From: an uncultured Spirochaetaceae bacterium
Lineage (GTDB): Bacteria > Spirochaetota > Spirochaetia > DSM-27196 > PWMO01
Length of the DNA: 49,854 bases
Assembly: GCA_964413945.1 (NCBI GenBank)
Contig: CAYPUT010000002.1
Coordinates: 1 to 49,854 of the forward strand
Direction of reading: 5' to 3'
A program made the position numbers and the translations under genes. Under the pieces are notes generated by a model that worked only from the letters and a program-made list of their open reading frames with translations, had not been told where the DNA came from and made no database searches. Positions 9,253 through 20,281 of the stretch are shown piece by piece (positions within the stretch are counted from its first letter, which is position 1; every line of letters begins with the position of its first letter).

Positions 9253-9651
9253 CTATTCCTCGGCGCCATCGTCTCCTTCTTCCATGGCCGCCTCGGGTTC
9301 CGCGACATCCTCCGAAACGTCCTCCGGTGGGACCGGGTCGTCCTCCACCCGCCACCATTCGACGGCGTCACCGTCGGCCTGCAGTCGTCGAGCCGCCGCT
9401 TCGACGTTTCCGGATTCCGGCGTTCTGTTTATCCAGGCGAGGCCGAAAGAACTAATCAGAAAGACGGCACCCAGTATGGACGTTATACGGGTAAGAATAT
9501 TCCCGGAACGGCCTCCGACCGGAGCCGCCGAGCCGCCTCCGAAGATTCCGCCGAGTCCCTCTCCGCCTTCGTCCTGAATGAGGACCAGACCGATCAGGAG
9601 CAACGCGGCGAGAACGAATACGATAAGTAAGAGAATTCCGAGAAAGCCCAC
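9253..9651 (-). CDS. secG: Preprotein translocase subunit SecG (with an acidic C-terminal extension)
   Basis: 132-aa ORF. The sequence ILLLIVFVLAALLLIGLVLIQDEGGEGLGGIFGGG...LTRITSILGAVFLISSFGL gives the SecG two-TM pattern. It lies immediately after tpiA, which is the classic position. Confidence 0.8.
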   Translation of the reverse strand: MGFLGILLLIVFVLAALLLIGLVLIQDEGGEGLGGIFGGGSAAPVGGRSGNILTRITSILGAVFLISSFGLAWINRTPESGNVEAAARRLQADGDAVEWWRVEDDPVPPEDVSEDVAEPEAAMEEGDDGAEE

Positions 9652-9681
9652 AGTTCTATCTCCTCGTGGTGTAAATCTGAC

Positions 9682-10437
9682 TTAGGATGCCGACCGGGCA
9701 ATAGCGGCGAACGAATCCGCCCCTAAGGATGCTCCACCAACGAGGGCACCGTCAATGTTTTCTTTCCCGAGCAGGTCGGCGGCGTTTTCCGGTTTTACCG
9801 AGCCACCATATTGGATTATGGTCTCCTCGGCAACCCTCTCGCCAAAAGTCTCGCCGAGCCGGCCGCGAATGAAGCGATGCATATCGTCCGCGTCTTGCGG
9901 AGTTGCCGTCTTACCGGTTCCGATGGCCCACACCGGCTCGTAGGCGATAACGAGCCCTCCCATGGCCCCGGCGTCGACCCCCTTCAAGGATCCGGAGAGC
10001 TGCTCCCGGACCACCTGCTCCGCCTTCCCGGCTTCCCGCTCGTCGAGGAGCTCTCCGACGCAGAGAATAACCTCGAGGTCTTCCGCTAAGGCAAGCTGAA
10101 CCTTCCGATTGATCATGGCGTCGGTTTCGCCGTAGATATGGCGCCGTTCCGAATGACCGAGAATAACGGTTCCGACGCCAACGTCTTTGAGCATCTCGGC
10201 GGAGACTTCGCCCGTATGGGCCCCGGAGAGCTCGAGCCCCATGTTTTGAGCCCCGAGCCGAATAGCGGTACCCTCTAAGACTCCGGCTACCTCCGAGAGT
10301 GCGGTGAAGGGAGGAGCGACCATCAATTTGACCGAGGCGTCACCGAGACTGTTCCGAAGCTCCTCCGCGAGGGCTTTCGCTTCGTCTCGAAGCTTGTTCA
10401 TCTTCCAATTTCCGGCGATATAGATCTGTCGCATCAA
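9682..10437 (-). CDS. tpiA: Triosephosphate isomerase
   Basis: 251-aa ORF. Motifs seen: IAGNWKMN, ILGHSERR, AYEPVWAIGTG, YGGSV. Confidence 0.95.
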   Translation of the reverse strand: MMRQIYIAGNWKMNKLRDEAKALAEELRNSLGDASVKLMVAPPFTALSEVAGVLEGTAIRLGAQNMGLELSGAHTGEVSAEMLKDVGVGTVILGHSERRHIYGETDAMINRKVQLALAEDLEVILCVGELLDEREAGKAEQVVREQLSGSLKGVDAGAMGGLVIAYEPVWAIGTGKTATPQDADDMHRFIRGRLGETFGERVAEETIIQYGGSVKPENAADLLGKENIDGALVGGASLGADSFAAIARSAS

Positions 10438-10454
10438 ACCTGCTCCTTGCGCTT

Positions 10455-11636
10455 CTATGATTCCAGAGCGGCGATACCCGGAAGGACCTTGCCTTCGAGG
10501 TATTCCAAGGAAGCTCCGCCGCCGGTCGAAACGTGGTCGATTCTGTCCGCAAGGCCGAACTTGTTGACCGCGGCTATCGAGTCTCCCCCGCCGACGATGG
10601 TCGTGCCCGGACAGTCCGCCACAAAACGCCCGACTTCCAGGGTACCCTTCGCGAACGCGTCGAACTCAAAAACGCCGAGGGGGCCGTTCCAGAGGACCGT
10701 CTTGGCGCCCCGGACTACGCCACCGATTCTTTCGATGGTTTTCGGGCCGATATCCATTCCGATCTTGCCTTCGGGAATATCGATACCGTCCACCGCTTCG
10801 GGTGCGGCGTCCTCCGAGAACTCCGAAGCGACCAGGTGGTCCCCGGGAAGCACGATGTCCACGCCCCGGCGGTCGGCCTCGTCCATGAGCTCGGAAGCCG
10901 TATCGAGGTAGTCCTCCTCGAGAAGCGAGTTTCCGATGCCGTGCCCCTGAACCTTTAGAAAGGTGTAGGACATCCCGCCGCCGATAATCAGCGTCTTGCA
11001 GGTCTCCAGGAGGCTCCGGAGAACCCCGATCTTCGAGCTTACCTTTGCCCCACCGATGATCGCGACCATCGGCTGCTCGGGGTCGGTGAGGACCGGCTTG
11101 AAGAAGGCGACTTCTTTCTCGATCAAGAGGCCGGCGTACGCCGGAAGATGGTGGGCCACGCCTTCCGTCGAGGCGTGGGCCCGGTGCGCCGTCCCAAAGG
11201 CGTCGTTTACATAGACGTCACCGAGGGACGCGAGTTTCTTGGCAAAGGTACCGTCGTTGTCGGTTTCCTCTTTGTAGAAACGCACGTTCTCGAGGAGGAT
11301 AACGCCCCCGGGCCGCAGTTCCGACACCATCTTCTCGACCTCCGGACCGACACAGTCGGGTGCCATTTGCACCGGATGGCCCATGGCCGAGGAGAGTTTT
11401 TCCGCAACCGGTGCGAGAGAATAGGCGTCGTCTCGGTCTCCCTTCGGCCGGCCGAGGTGGGTCATCAGAATCAACTTGGTATCAGGCTGATCCAGAATGT
11501 ACTTGAGTGTCGGGAGGGCGGCCCGAATTCGGGTGTCGTCGGTAACCACCCCGCCCTTCACGGGAACGTTAAAATCGACCCGGACGAGAACCCGCTTTCC
11601 GCTGAGATCCGCGTCCTTTACGGTGCGCAGTGCCAT
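10455..11636 (-). CDS. pgk: Phosphoglycerate kinase
   Basis: 393-aa ORF. Motifs seen: [37 protein letters not shown]. Confidence 0.95.
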   Translation of the reverse strand: MALRTVKDADLSGKRVLVRVDFNVPVKGGVVTDDTRIRAALPTLKYILDQPDTKLILMTHLGRPKGDRDDAYSLAPVAEKLSSAMGHPVQMAPDCVGPEVEKMVSELRPGGVILLENVRFYKEETDNDGTFAKKLASLGDVYVNDAFGTAHRAHASTEGVAHHLPAYAGLLIEKEVAFFKPVLTDPEQPMVAIIGGAKVSSKIGVLRSLLETCKTLIIGGGMSYTFLKVQGHGIGNSLLEEDYLDTASELMDEADRRGVDIVLPGDHLVASEFSEDAAPEAVDGIDIPEGKIGMDIGPKTIERIGGVVRGAKTVLWNGPLGVFEFDAFAKGTLEVGRFVADCPGTTIVGGGDSIAAVNKFGLADRIDHVSTGGGASLEYLEGKVLPGIAALES

Positions 11637-11645
11637 AAAAATTCC

Positions 11646-12662
<1,017 letters not shown>

Positions 12663-12678
12663 TTAAGGATATAAGTCG

Positions 12679-12708
12679 ACTATACAAAGAAAGTTGTTGC
12701 CCGGTCAA
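12679..12708 (-). promoter_or_regulatory. Candidate sigma70-type promoter of the gap-pgk-tpiA-secG operon
   Basis: The minus strand reads TTGACC-N18-TATAGT (plus-strand ggtcaa at 12703-12708, actata at 12679-12684). A GGAGGA Shine-Dalgarno sequence (12650-12655) lies 5 nt before the gap ATG. The element sits in an 81-nt gap with visibly lower GC. Confidence 0.45.
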
Positions 12709-12725
12709 CGAAGCGAAGAGGGAGT

Positions 12726-14708
12726 CTAGGGAATGGTCCGTATGCGGGAATAAAGGAGGGGGAACAAGGGGCTCTCGGAGACGACGACCTCTTCTCCGGG
12801 AAGCAAGACGTCGTCACCGACCAAAATGATGTCGGTGAATCCCTCGGGGACGATGGTAACTTCGCTCACCAGGTCGTCGAGGCGCGTTATGGTAGCGGTG
12901 CCGAGAACACCGTCCTCGGAGTACTCGAATCCGAGGGCGTCCCGCCGGGCGAGGAGCCCCCCGGACCGAAGAATAATCAACTCGTCTCCCACCGCGACAC
13001 CGTCGACCCGTCCGAGAGATACGGCGGCACGGTCCCGGCTCCGCTTCAGGACCCGGCCGTACCGGGGAAGCCTCGTTTCAAGGTCCTGAACGAGGGCGAA
13101 AACCGCCCGTTCGAGGCGGTACGGGCCGCCTCTCGAGGCGTTGAGGTCCCCGACGTGCCCCCCGGTGCGACCGGAGTAGAGGGCCAATCGCATGGTAAGC
13201 GTCCGGTCCCTATCCTCCGCCTCGACCAGAAGGTAGTAGTCCATTCCGGCCGCACGGGCCGACTCGAAGGCCTCCGACAGCATGGCGACCTCGGTTCGGC
13301 CGCCGGCGGGTTGGAGGGCCTCGACGGCGAACAGATGATCCTCAACGTACCGACCGAGAGCTTCACCGGCCCCGGGATACGGCAGCGAAACCCCCTCGGG
13401 GATGACAAAGACACCGAAAACCAGCCTTCTGCGTTCCAGGTCGAACTGTGGAAGGTCCCAGGACGCCGCAACCTCGTCCGCGAGGAGGCTTTGGTAGCCT
13501 TCGATCGTGTCCCGGGTCTCGAGGTCGGCGTTTCCGAGGGCGTCGAGAACCGTCAGCTCTCTCAAGAACCGGGAGCGGTAGCCCTGGTAACGGAGGAGAT
13601 TCGCGTAGAGTCCCCGCCCGGAGGCGGAGTAGGGATCGAGACGGAGGCCCCGCCGGGCGGCCATTTTGGCCCTCAGAAAGAGGTTCTCTTCGGTAAGCTC
13701 CCGGGCCCGGGAGTATCGATATTCCGCGAGGTCCCCGCGATCGGGCGCCTCCGCCGGAAGCGCGTTCAGGGCGATGTCTTCGGCGACAATCCGGGGCAGC
13801 TCCTCCTGAGGGGCGAGAAGCAGAAGACGCTCCATGGCCGCAAGGGCCTCTTCGGTTCTCCCGAGCCGCTCGAGGACCAGACCTCGGAGATACCAGGCAG
13901 CCGGCCTGTCCTCGGCGCTCCGGAGGAGCCCACGACTCACCTCGTCCGCCGCCGCGTAGTCCCCACTTTCCAGGAGCCCCCGAAGCAGGATCTCCCGGGT
14001 CTCGGTGCTGTCGGAGAGCTCCAAGGCCCGACGTGCCAACTCAACGGAACGCTCCGGCCGGTTGCGCCGAAGGTAGAACTCCGCCGCTAGGGCGTTTACG
14101 ACCGGATCGAGACCGTGGCTCCGGAGTGCCCGGAGCACGAAGCCCTCGGCTTCTTCGATGTTTCCCCGGTACTCCGAAAGGAGGGCAAGGGAGAGAAGGG
14201 TGCGCCGGTCCTCCGGGACCCGCTTGCGGAGCTCCTCGAAACGTTGCCGCCCCTCTTCGATGCGTCCCTGGGCGATCGAGAGCTCCGCGAGGCCCGCGAG
14301 AGCTTCGGCGTTGTTTGGACGCCGGGCGAGAACCGCTCGGTAGGATTCCTCCGCCTCGACCATTCTCCCGAGGCCGACGAGAATCCGGCCCCGGAGCGCC
14401 ATCGATTCGGGGTCGAAGCCGAGCAACGGCCGGGCCGCGTCCACGTAGTCCAACGCTTCGTCGTACTCACCGAGGTAGAACAGTAGTCGGGCAAGGCCGA
14501 CCATCGGCGCGGGATACGCCGGGTTGAGGTCCAGGGCGGTCTCGAACCTCTCGAACGCTTCGAAAATCTCGAGGCGCCCGAAGGCAAGCTCCCCTTCGCG
14601 GTAGGCTTCCACGGCGGCCGTCTGACTCAGGACCGGGAGCGCCGTCGACGCGAACAAAACAAGCGCTATCGAGAAGACTGTCCCCCGGCGGGCATTCCGG
14701 AACATCAC
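12726..14708 (-). CDS. Secreted TPR-repeat protein with a non-TPR C-terminal domain
   Basis: 660-aa ORF with a signal peptide (VFSIALVLFASTALPVLSQ). About 400 aa of TPR repeats follow (LARLLFYLGEYDEALDYVDAA, AELSIAQGRIEEGRQRFEEL ...), then a beta-rich C-terminal region. Confidence 0.7.
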   Translation of the reverse strand: MMFRNARRGTVFSIALVLFASTALPVLSQTAAVEAYREGELAFGRLEIFEAFERFETALDLNPAYPAPMVGLARLLFYLGEYDEALDYVDAARPLLGFDPESMALRGRILVGLGRMVEAEESYRAVLARRPNNAEALAGLAELSIAQGRIEEGRQRFEELRKRVPEDRRTLLSLALLSEYRGNIEEAEGFVLRALRSHGLDPVVNALAAEFYLRRNRPERSVELARRALELSDSTETREILLRGLLESGDYAAADEVSRGLLRSAEDRPAAWYLRGLVLERLGRTEEALAAMERLLLLAPQEELPRIVAEDIALNALPAEAPDRGDLAEYRYSRARELTEENLFLRAKMAARRGLRLDPYSASGRGLYANLLRYQGYRSRFLRELTVLDALGNADLETRDTIEGYQSLLADEVAASWDLPQFDLERRRLVFGVFVIPEGVSLPYPGAGEALGRYVEDHLFAVEALQPAGGRTEVAMLSEAFESARAAGMDYYLLVEAEDRDRTLTMRLALYSGRTGGHVGDLNASRGGPYRLERAVFALVQDLETRLPRYGRVLKRSRDRAAVSLGRVDGVAVGDELIILRSGGLLARRDALGFEYSEDGVLGTATITRLDDLVSEVTIVPEGFTDIILVGDDVLLPGEEVVVSESPLFPLLYSRIRTIP

Positions 14709-15496
14709 TCCTCCGGCGTATCGGACTTCGAGGGCACCACCAGCTTTACCGTCCGGATCTTGTGCCCCTCCATGTCCTGAATGACAAAGTCGATCTCGTT
14801 AAAGGAAACCTTCTCGTACTTGACCGGAATCTTTCCGAAGAGGTCGAAGACAAAGCCGCCGAGGGTGTCGAACTTCTCCTCCGGCAGACCGAGACCGAGG
14901 GTCTCGTTGAGATCCTCGATGGAAACCCGGGCGTCGCAGAGGTAGGTGTTCTCCGCGAGAGGAAGGATGTCTTCCCGTTCGTTGTCGTATTCGTCCTGTA
15001 TGTCCCCGACGATCTCCTCGATGATGTCCTCGAGGCAGACAATCCCGGAGACACCGCCGTATTCGTCGACCGCCACGGCGATATGCACCCGTCGGCGCTT
15101 CATCTCGCGCATCAGCGCGTCGAGCCGTTTGCTCTCCGGGACGAAGTAGGCCTTTCGGATAATGGTATCGAGGTCGATCGCGTCGTCGGTCAACAGGTAT
15201 TTCAGGAGGTCCTTTACGTAGAGGATCCCGATAACGTTGTCTATGGTGTCTTTATAGACCGGAAAACGGGAGTGCCCGTACCGGACGACCCGGTCGACGA
15301 TCTCCTTCGGTCCGAAATCCAGCCCGACGAAGGCTACGTCGATTCGGGGGACCATCACCTCCCGGACCGTGGTGTCCGAAAGCTCGACGATTCCGCGAAT
15401 CATATCCCGTTTCTCGACGGTTAGGGCCGGATATCCCCCCTCCTCTTCTCGGTCGTCCGAGGAAAAGAGCTTGCGAAAGAAACCCTGGTGTTTCAA
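14705..15496 (-). CDS. corC: CorC/HlyC-family protein (CBS pair + CorC_HlyC transporter-associated domain)
   Basis: The track ORF runs 14705-15634, but its first ~46 codons overlap ybeY and are Arg/Gly-rich junk. An in-frame TTG at 15496 overlaps the ybeY TGA (TTGA) and gives LKHQGFFRKLF...MIRGIVELSDTTVREVMVPR, the usual CorC N-terminus. The C-terminal GGFVFDLFGKIP is the CorC_HlyC domain. Confidence 0.8.
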   Translation of the reverse strand: MKHQGFFRKLFSSDDREEEGGYPALTVEKRDMIRGIVELSDTTVREVMVPRIDVAFVGLDFGPKEIVDRVVRYGHSRFPVYKDTIDNVIGILYVKDLLKYLLTDDAIDLDTIIRKAYFVPESKRLDALMREMKRRRVHIAVAVDEYGGVSGIVCLEDIIEEIVGDIQDEYDNEREDILPLAENTYLCDARVSIEDLNETLGLGLPEEKFDTLGGFVFDLFGKIPVKYEKVSFNEIDFVIQDMEGHKIRTVKLVVPSKSDTPEE

Positions 15497-15918
15497 AGCG
15501 AAAAATCCTCCGAAATGTCGCCGACGACCGACTCCTGCCGCCGATCCATGTCGGCTTTGTCCTCCGGGGTACCGTGATCGTACCCCGCGAGGTGAAGGAG
15601 CCCGTGGACGGTAAGGCGCATCAGATGCTTCCACCGCCCTGCGTACTCTAGCGAAATAGCGACGTCTCCGACAACCCCGTGGTACCGATCGAATCCGGGC
15701 CCCATTTCTTCCTGGGGAAAGGAAAGCACATCGGTTGCCGAGTCCTCGTCCCGATACCGGCGGTTCAGCTCCCGAATGGTTTGGTTGTCACACAGGAGTA
15801 CCGAAACGTCCCAGTCCTCGGCGCCGAGGCGGTCGAGGACCTCCCGGCAGCTCGTCCGATAGGCGTCGAGCCAAGTGGGCTCTTCGATACCGGATAATGA
15901 CACGTCGACGCTATTCAC
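15493..15918 (-). CDS. ybeY: rRNA maturation endoribonuclease YbeY
   Basis: 141-aa ORF. The zinc motif HGLLHLAGYDH is present, and the gene sits between phoH and corC as in the conserved ybeZYX arrangement. Confidence 0.9.
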   Translation of the reverse strand: MNSVDVSLSGIEEPTWLDAYRTSCREVLDRLGAEDWDVSVLLCDNQTIRELNRRYRDEDSATDVLSFPQEEMGPGFDRYHGVVGDVAISLEYAGRWKHLMRLTVHGLLHLAGYDHGTPEDKADMDRRQESVVGDISEDFSL

Positions 15919-16867
15919 GCTGCTCGTTCGCCTCGTAGGCCTCGACGATTCGCTTTACCAGGCGGCTCCGGACCACGTCCCGGCTGGTAAAGTAGGAGAA
16001 GTGGATACTCGGTATGCCGTGAAGAAGCCGGACCACGTGGAGCAAACCGGAGTCCTTCGCCTTCGACAGATCGATCTGCGTGATGTCCCCGGTAACGACG
16101 GCCGTCGTTCCCTCGCCGAGGCGGGTCAAGAACATCTTCATCTGCTCCCGGGTGGTGTTCTGTGCCTCGTCGAGGATGACGCAGCAGTCGTTCAAGCTTC
16201 TGCCGCGCATATACGCGAGGGGAGAGATCTCGATTATCCGGTTCTCTTCGAGGCGTTCCATCGTCTCTGCGGGGATCAGCGATTCCATGGCGTCGTAGAG
16301 GGGACGTAGATAGGGGTGAAGCTTCTGTGCGAGATCCCCCGGGAGATATCCCAAACGCTCCCCGGCCTCGACGACCGGTCGAGTGAGAATGAGCTTCCGC
16401 TTGCGGCGAGAGAGAACCTCCCGAAGGGCATGGGCAACCGCGAGATAGGTCTTGCCGGTTCCGGCGGGTCCGATGCCGAATACGAGGTCTTCGCTCCCCA
16501 TTGCCTCGACGTAGCCGGCCTGCCCGGTGCTCCGGGGGTACACCGTCCTTCCCCCGGGGGAGACTTCTACGGCGTTACTCCGGAGGGCCTCGCCACCTGA
16601 GTCGTCGGTCATAGAAGAATAGACCGACCGGATAAGCTCCGGACCGACGGGCTGTCCGAGGCGGACGTACTGCTTTAGCTCTTCGAGAACTCTAAGAAGC
16701 GTGTCTCCGGTGGTGCCGTCGCTTCCTTCGAGGAAAAGCTCGTTACCCCGGGAGTGTATCCGGGCGTCCAAGAGTTCTTCCAGGACCCGGAGGTTGCTGT
16801 CGTTGGCCCCGCAGACTTCTGAGGCGAGGCCGGGACTATCAAGGACGACTGTGGCGTTTGCGCTCAA
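15911..16867 (-). CDS. phoH: PhoH-family ATPase
   Basis: 318-aa ORF with a TTG start. It has Walker A (GPAGTGKTYLA), the ILDEAQN box and GDITQIDL. An AGGAG lies 5 nt upstream of the start. Confidence 0.9.
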   Translation of the reverse strand: MSANATVVLDSPGLASEVCGANDSNLRVLEELLDARIHSRGNELFLEGSDGTTGDTLLRVLEELKQYVRLGQPVGPELIRSVYSSMTDDSGGEALRSNAVEVSPGGRTVYPRSTGQAGYVEAMGSEDLVFGIGPAGTGKTYLAVAHALREVLSRRKRKLILTRPVVEAGERLGYLPGDLAQKLHPYLRPLYDAMESLIPAETMERLEENRIIEISPLAYMRGRSLNDCCVILDEAQNTTREQMKMFLTRLGEGTTAVVTGDITQIDLSKAKDSGLLHVVRLLHGIPSIHFSYFTSRDVVRSRLVKRIVEAYEANEQRE

Positions 16868-16909
16868 TCATGCTCCTATAAAAAGTATAGAGGCGCCTCT
16901 TTTGCACGG

Positions 16910-19900
16910 TCAAGGGTCTGTCTCCCTGCCGAAGGCGTAATCGGTTATGTCGTCCTCCCGGGTTACCCTACTCCGGATTTCCGGTATCGGCTTCCACTCC
17001 AAAACGATTTCCATCTGCGGCACCCATTCGAGGCGGCGTTCGGTGCCGTTCTGTACCTCCTCCGGAGCCCCGGAGTAGGAGAACGTAAGGTCCCAGTCCC
17101 CCATCCGGTGGACCGCGCTGACGACGATGCGCTTGAGCTTGAAGAAAGATTGCTCCCGCTCTTCCCGGTTGAAGAAACTGTAGGAGTCTGAAAGATCTTC
17201 GAAAAGATTTCGCGGCTCCCGGCCGACCTTCTCAGCGAGTCGGGGAATGTACTGGTATACGAAGTCGTTCTCCGAGACGCTCTCGAAGGTTAGGTCCAAG
17301 AATTTGTGAATATTGACGCCCAAGCCAAAGGTAATATCGAAACTGCTCTCCGTGTAGCGCAGCAGATTCATATTCAGACCCGACGACACCGACGTCGAGA
17401 GCAGGAGGCGGTTCTTCCAGAGGGGATCGAACTCCCGGTCGAAATCCAGGGCTACCGTTGCAGAGGTCGGCCTGAGGCTGTCGGCACCGGCCGGTTGCCA
17501 GGGAGACGAGAAGCCCTGAAACACGAAGTCCTCGACAAACTCGTAGTCTCTGCTCTTGGTCATCAGGTAGGCGGCGGTAAGGGGCCCGACGACGCTCTCC
17601 AGCGTAAAGCTCGTCCACTCGTCCCCCTCAATATCGAAGATTTCCGAGTGAGAGAAGGAGAGCCAGCTCAATGGGGCAACCGTTTGGGAGCTCGACAACG
17701 GTTTGTAGGTCCATTCCGAATTGTCGTAGACCGCCGAGACGCTCAAGGTAGAGGTGACGATTCCGGTAACCATCGTGAGGGAGCTCGAGTATTCGTCGGT
17801 CAGCGGCGGTAGAATCGCTTTCAGATCCAGGGACTGCCGCGCCTGCCAGATGTCCAGGCGTAGCCGCGCTTCCGCCTGATGCGCCGTAACATAGTCATCG
17901 TCCCATCTTATCCTCCGGTCGTCGTAGATCGGGTCGTCATCGGCGTCCAAGCCGTCGTAGAGACGCTGGTAGAGAATCGTGTTCAGGGAGTAAGAGAGGT
18001 TTGTCGCGTCCCAATAGGGATTTCGCTGCAGAAAGAACGAGGTAAGCGTGAGGTCGTTCCGGGTCTCCAACTTGGAAAAATCGAAGGCCTGCTCCCGTTC
18101 CGTGGTGTAGGCGTCGGTCTCGAGGCGGTCGCCATTGTAGAGACTCCGGTAATTACCGACGACGGTCACCGTGTCGTCGTAAACGAAGTACCGGTCGAAG
18201 AAATCGGCTTGGTAGAGGAAGCTAAGGGTGTTCGTCGTGGTAAAGGTCGAGAGCTCGTAGGCGTAATCCACGTCCTCCGGTTGTTGCCAAGCGTCGTCGT
18301 CGAAACGGTTTTCGACGGTAAACCGGGGAAGCACCTCGTACCGGAGGGATTGGGTCAGAAGTGGGGCCACGGGTATTCCGAGGACGTCGTCCTGCCTCTC
18401 GGGGTATCGAACGGTAACCGATCGATCCTCCTGCTCGGGCCCGGGCCCTTCCCCCACCGGCCAGGGGGGACGGACTTCCACCTCCGGCGTATCGCCTACC
18501 ACATCTTCATCCGAGGCAACCACGGCGCTGCGCGAGGTGTCGAAAATGGTCCCTTCGATCCGGAGGCGCAGGTCCGGAAGCTTCAGGGTATTGGGAAAGT
18601 AGAATTCCGCCTCGGGACTCCGATCGGCAGCGAGGGCGGCGTCGCTCAAAAAGGCGTCCTCCACGTCCCGGCTAAGCCACGAGAGCTCGGCCTCGAGGTT
18701 CTCTATGCTAATGCTCTCCGGCGCCGGCGTCTCGGATTCGATCTCCCAGGAGTAGTTTCCCCGAAGGCGCCAGGTTAGGCTGTCCTTGGTTTCCGGTTCC
18801 TCGGGCGACTCCTCTTCGCCGCTTCGGATAAGGCCCAACCAGTCCATCTCTTCCCCTCGGTCTCGAAAGTCCGGCTGCATGTAGGGGTCGGAGAAGAGCT
18901 CGAACTGCCCCTCGACCGAACCGGAATCCAGGTCCGATTGGAAGGACGTATCGAAAAGATACCGGAGCGGAAGAGAAACCGACCCGAGGTACGAGCTGTT
19001 CCAATCGTCCTCCGCTTCTCCGTCCACAACCCGGAAGGGTGTGTAGCTCAAGAGCCCCTGGGAGTAAATGTGCCGACTCGCGGCGATACCGCTTCGAAAC
19101 TCCAGGGAGTCGAGAAACCAAATATCGACGAAGGTGCCGTCGACCCCGACGTAGGCGCCGAGGGTGGTATAGATATCCGAGAGAAACTTGAGGGTCCAAT
19201 CGGGTTTTTCCTCTTCTGAGGGCTCCTCGACGACCCGGAGGAAGAGTCCTTCCCGCTCTCTTGGAACCTGACCGCCATCCTCTTCCGCGATCTGCAAAAA
19301 AGAGATAGGGGAAGGCGTCTGCTCCTTCTGCCCGATGAGGTACGTGGTGGTCTGGATGTAGGTACCTTCTCGGCTCCGGTACCCCGCGGAGGGGTGAAAG
19401 AAGAGCTTGTCCCCGGGGCGGAAGAAAAAGGGAAAGTAGAACACCGGCATCCTTCCCACGTGGAGAGCCGCGTGTTGGAGGCCCCACTCTCCGATATCGA
19501 GGAGCCAGATCTTCTGTGCCCGAATCTGGTAGTTCGGAGGGTCCGCCTCCGAGGAGGTTATGACGCCCTCCTCCATCACGATAATGTCTTCCGGCGAGCG
19601 GGTTACCACCGATCCGGAGTAGGTAAAGGTCAACTCTTCCTCTTCGATGGTTCGGGGCCGGCGGGAGGCGCCGTCGAGAAAGACGCCTTCCCAGCTGTCG
19701 AGATAGAAGGTAAGCCGCTCCCCAATGAAGGTTTCGATTCCGTCCGCCCGCTCTATCGTGTACTCGACCCCTCCGAGGGCGGTGAGCGCCTGCTCATCCT
19801 GGTTCACGACAATCTCTTCCGCCTCTATGCGGTGAACCGCCTCTTCCTCCTGATCCTCGAGGGTCAGGACGACCCCGCCCCGGAGCCGGACGTAGCCCTG

Positions 19901-20281
19901 TTCGACCGCCTCGATTTCGAAGTATTCGGTCTCCAGGGCAGAATCTATGGTGAGGATCCGTCGGTTCTCCGGGGCCTCCCCCTCCTCTTCGGGTTCCTCT
20001 AGTTCGTAGTAATCGAAGAGCCGAGCCTCCAAGTCCCCTCGGCTGCCTTGGGTCGAGAGTGCGAGTCCCTCGAGCCACGCCGAGAGCTCATAGAAGCCCG
20101 CGGTCCGGATATCCTGGGCCAAGGTGCGTCGCAGAAGCGAAACCTCTTCCGGGGCGGTGTCGGCGTTTTCCGATAGGGGGCTCTCCGCCGGGTCTTCGGT
20201 TTCTCCCGCCTCCTGGGCTCCCAGCGGTGCAGGCGAGAACAGGAAGATACACGCCGATACGACGAGAGCGAGGCGTCTCAC
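16910..20281 (-). CDS. lptD: LptD/OstA-like outer-membrane protein (very large, with an acidic N-terminal region and a SAP-like motif)
   Basis: 1123-aa ORF with a signal peptide ([19 protein letters not shown]). An OstA_N-like beta-jellyroll segment is present ([15 protein letters not shown]...[25 protein letters not shown]...[10 protein letters not shown]). The LptD-like motif [14 protein letters not shown] follows, then a long beta-rich C-terminus ending in aromatic-rich strands. Confidence 0.55.
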   Translation of the reverse strand: MRRLALVVSACIFLFSPAPLGAQEAGETEDPAESPLSENADTAPEEVSLLRRTLAQDIRTAGFYELSAWLEGLALSTQGSRGDLEARLFDYYELEEPEEEGEAPENRRILTIDSALETEYFEIEAVEQGYVRLRGGVVLTLEDQEEEAVHRIEAEEIVVNQDEQALTALGGVEYTIERADGIETFIGERLTFYLDSWEGVFLDGASRRPRTIEEEELTFTYSGSVVTRSPEDIIVMEEGVITSSEADPPNYQIRAQKIWLLDIGEWGLQHAALHVGRMPVFYFPFFFRPGDKLFFHPSAGYRSREGTYIQTTTYLIGQKEQTPSPISFLQIAEEDGGQVPREREGLFLRVVEEPSEEEKPDWTLKFLSDIYTTLGAYVGVDGTFVDIWFLDSLEFRSGIAASRHIYSQGLLSYTPFRVVDGEAEDDWNSSYLGSVSLPLRYLFDTSFQSDLDSGSVEGQFELFSDPYMQPDFRDRGEEMDWLGLIRSGEEESPEEPETKDSLTWRLRGNYSWEIESETPAPESISIENLEAELSWLSRDVEDAFLSDAALAADRSPEAEFYFPNTLKLPDLRLRIEGTIFDTSRSAVVASDEDVVGDTPEVEVRPPWPVGEGPGPEQEDRSVTVRYPERQDDVLGIPVAPLLTQSLRYEVLPRFTVENRFDDDAWQQPEDVDYAYELSTFTTTNTLSFLYQADFFDRYFVYDDTVTVVGNYRSLYNGDRLETDAYTTEREQAFDFSKLETRNDLTLTSFFLQRNPYWDATNLSYSLNTILYQRLYDGLDADDDPIYDDRRIRWDDDYVTAHQAEARLRLDIWQARQSLDLKAILPPLTDEYSSSLTMVTGIVTSTLSVSAVYDNSEWTYKPLSSSQTVAPLSWLSFSHSEIFDIEGDEWTSFTLESVVGPLTAAYLMTKSRDYEFVEDFVFQGFSSPWQPAGADSLRPTSATVALDFDREFDPLWKNRLLLSTSVSSGLNMNLLRYTESSFDITFGLGVNIHKFLDLTFESVSENDFVYQYIPRLAEKVGREPRNLFEDLSDSYSFFNREEREQSFFKLKRIVVSAVHRMGDWDLTFSYSGAPEEVQNGTERRLEWVPQMEIVLEWKPIPEIRSRVTREDDITDYAFGRETDP

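Noticed and set aside
16889-16900. A perfect 12-nt palindrome, AGAGGCGCCTCT, followed on the minus strand by ATACTTTTTA. It sits between the LptD-like gene and phoH and could be a terminator.
   Set aside because: A loop-less 12-nt palindrome can form only a stem of about 4 bp, and the T-run is interrupted. This is too weak to call an intrinsic terminator. It may be a protein-binding site, but nothing supports that.
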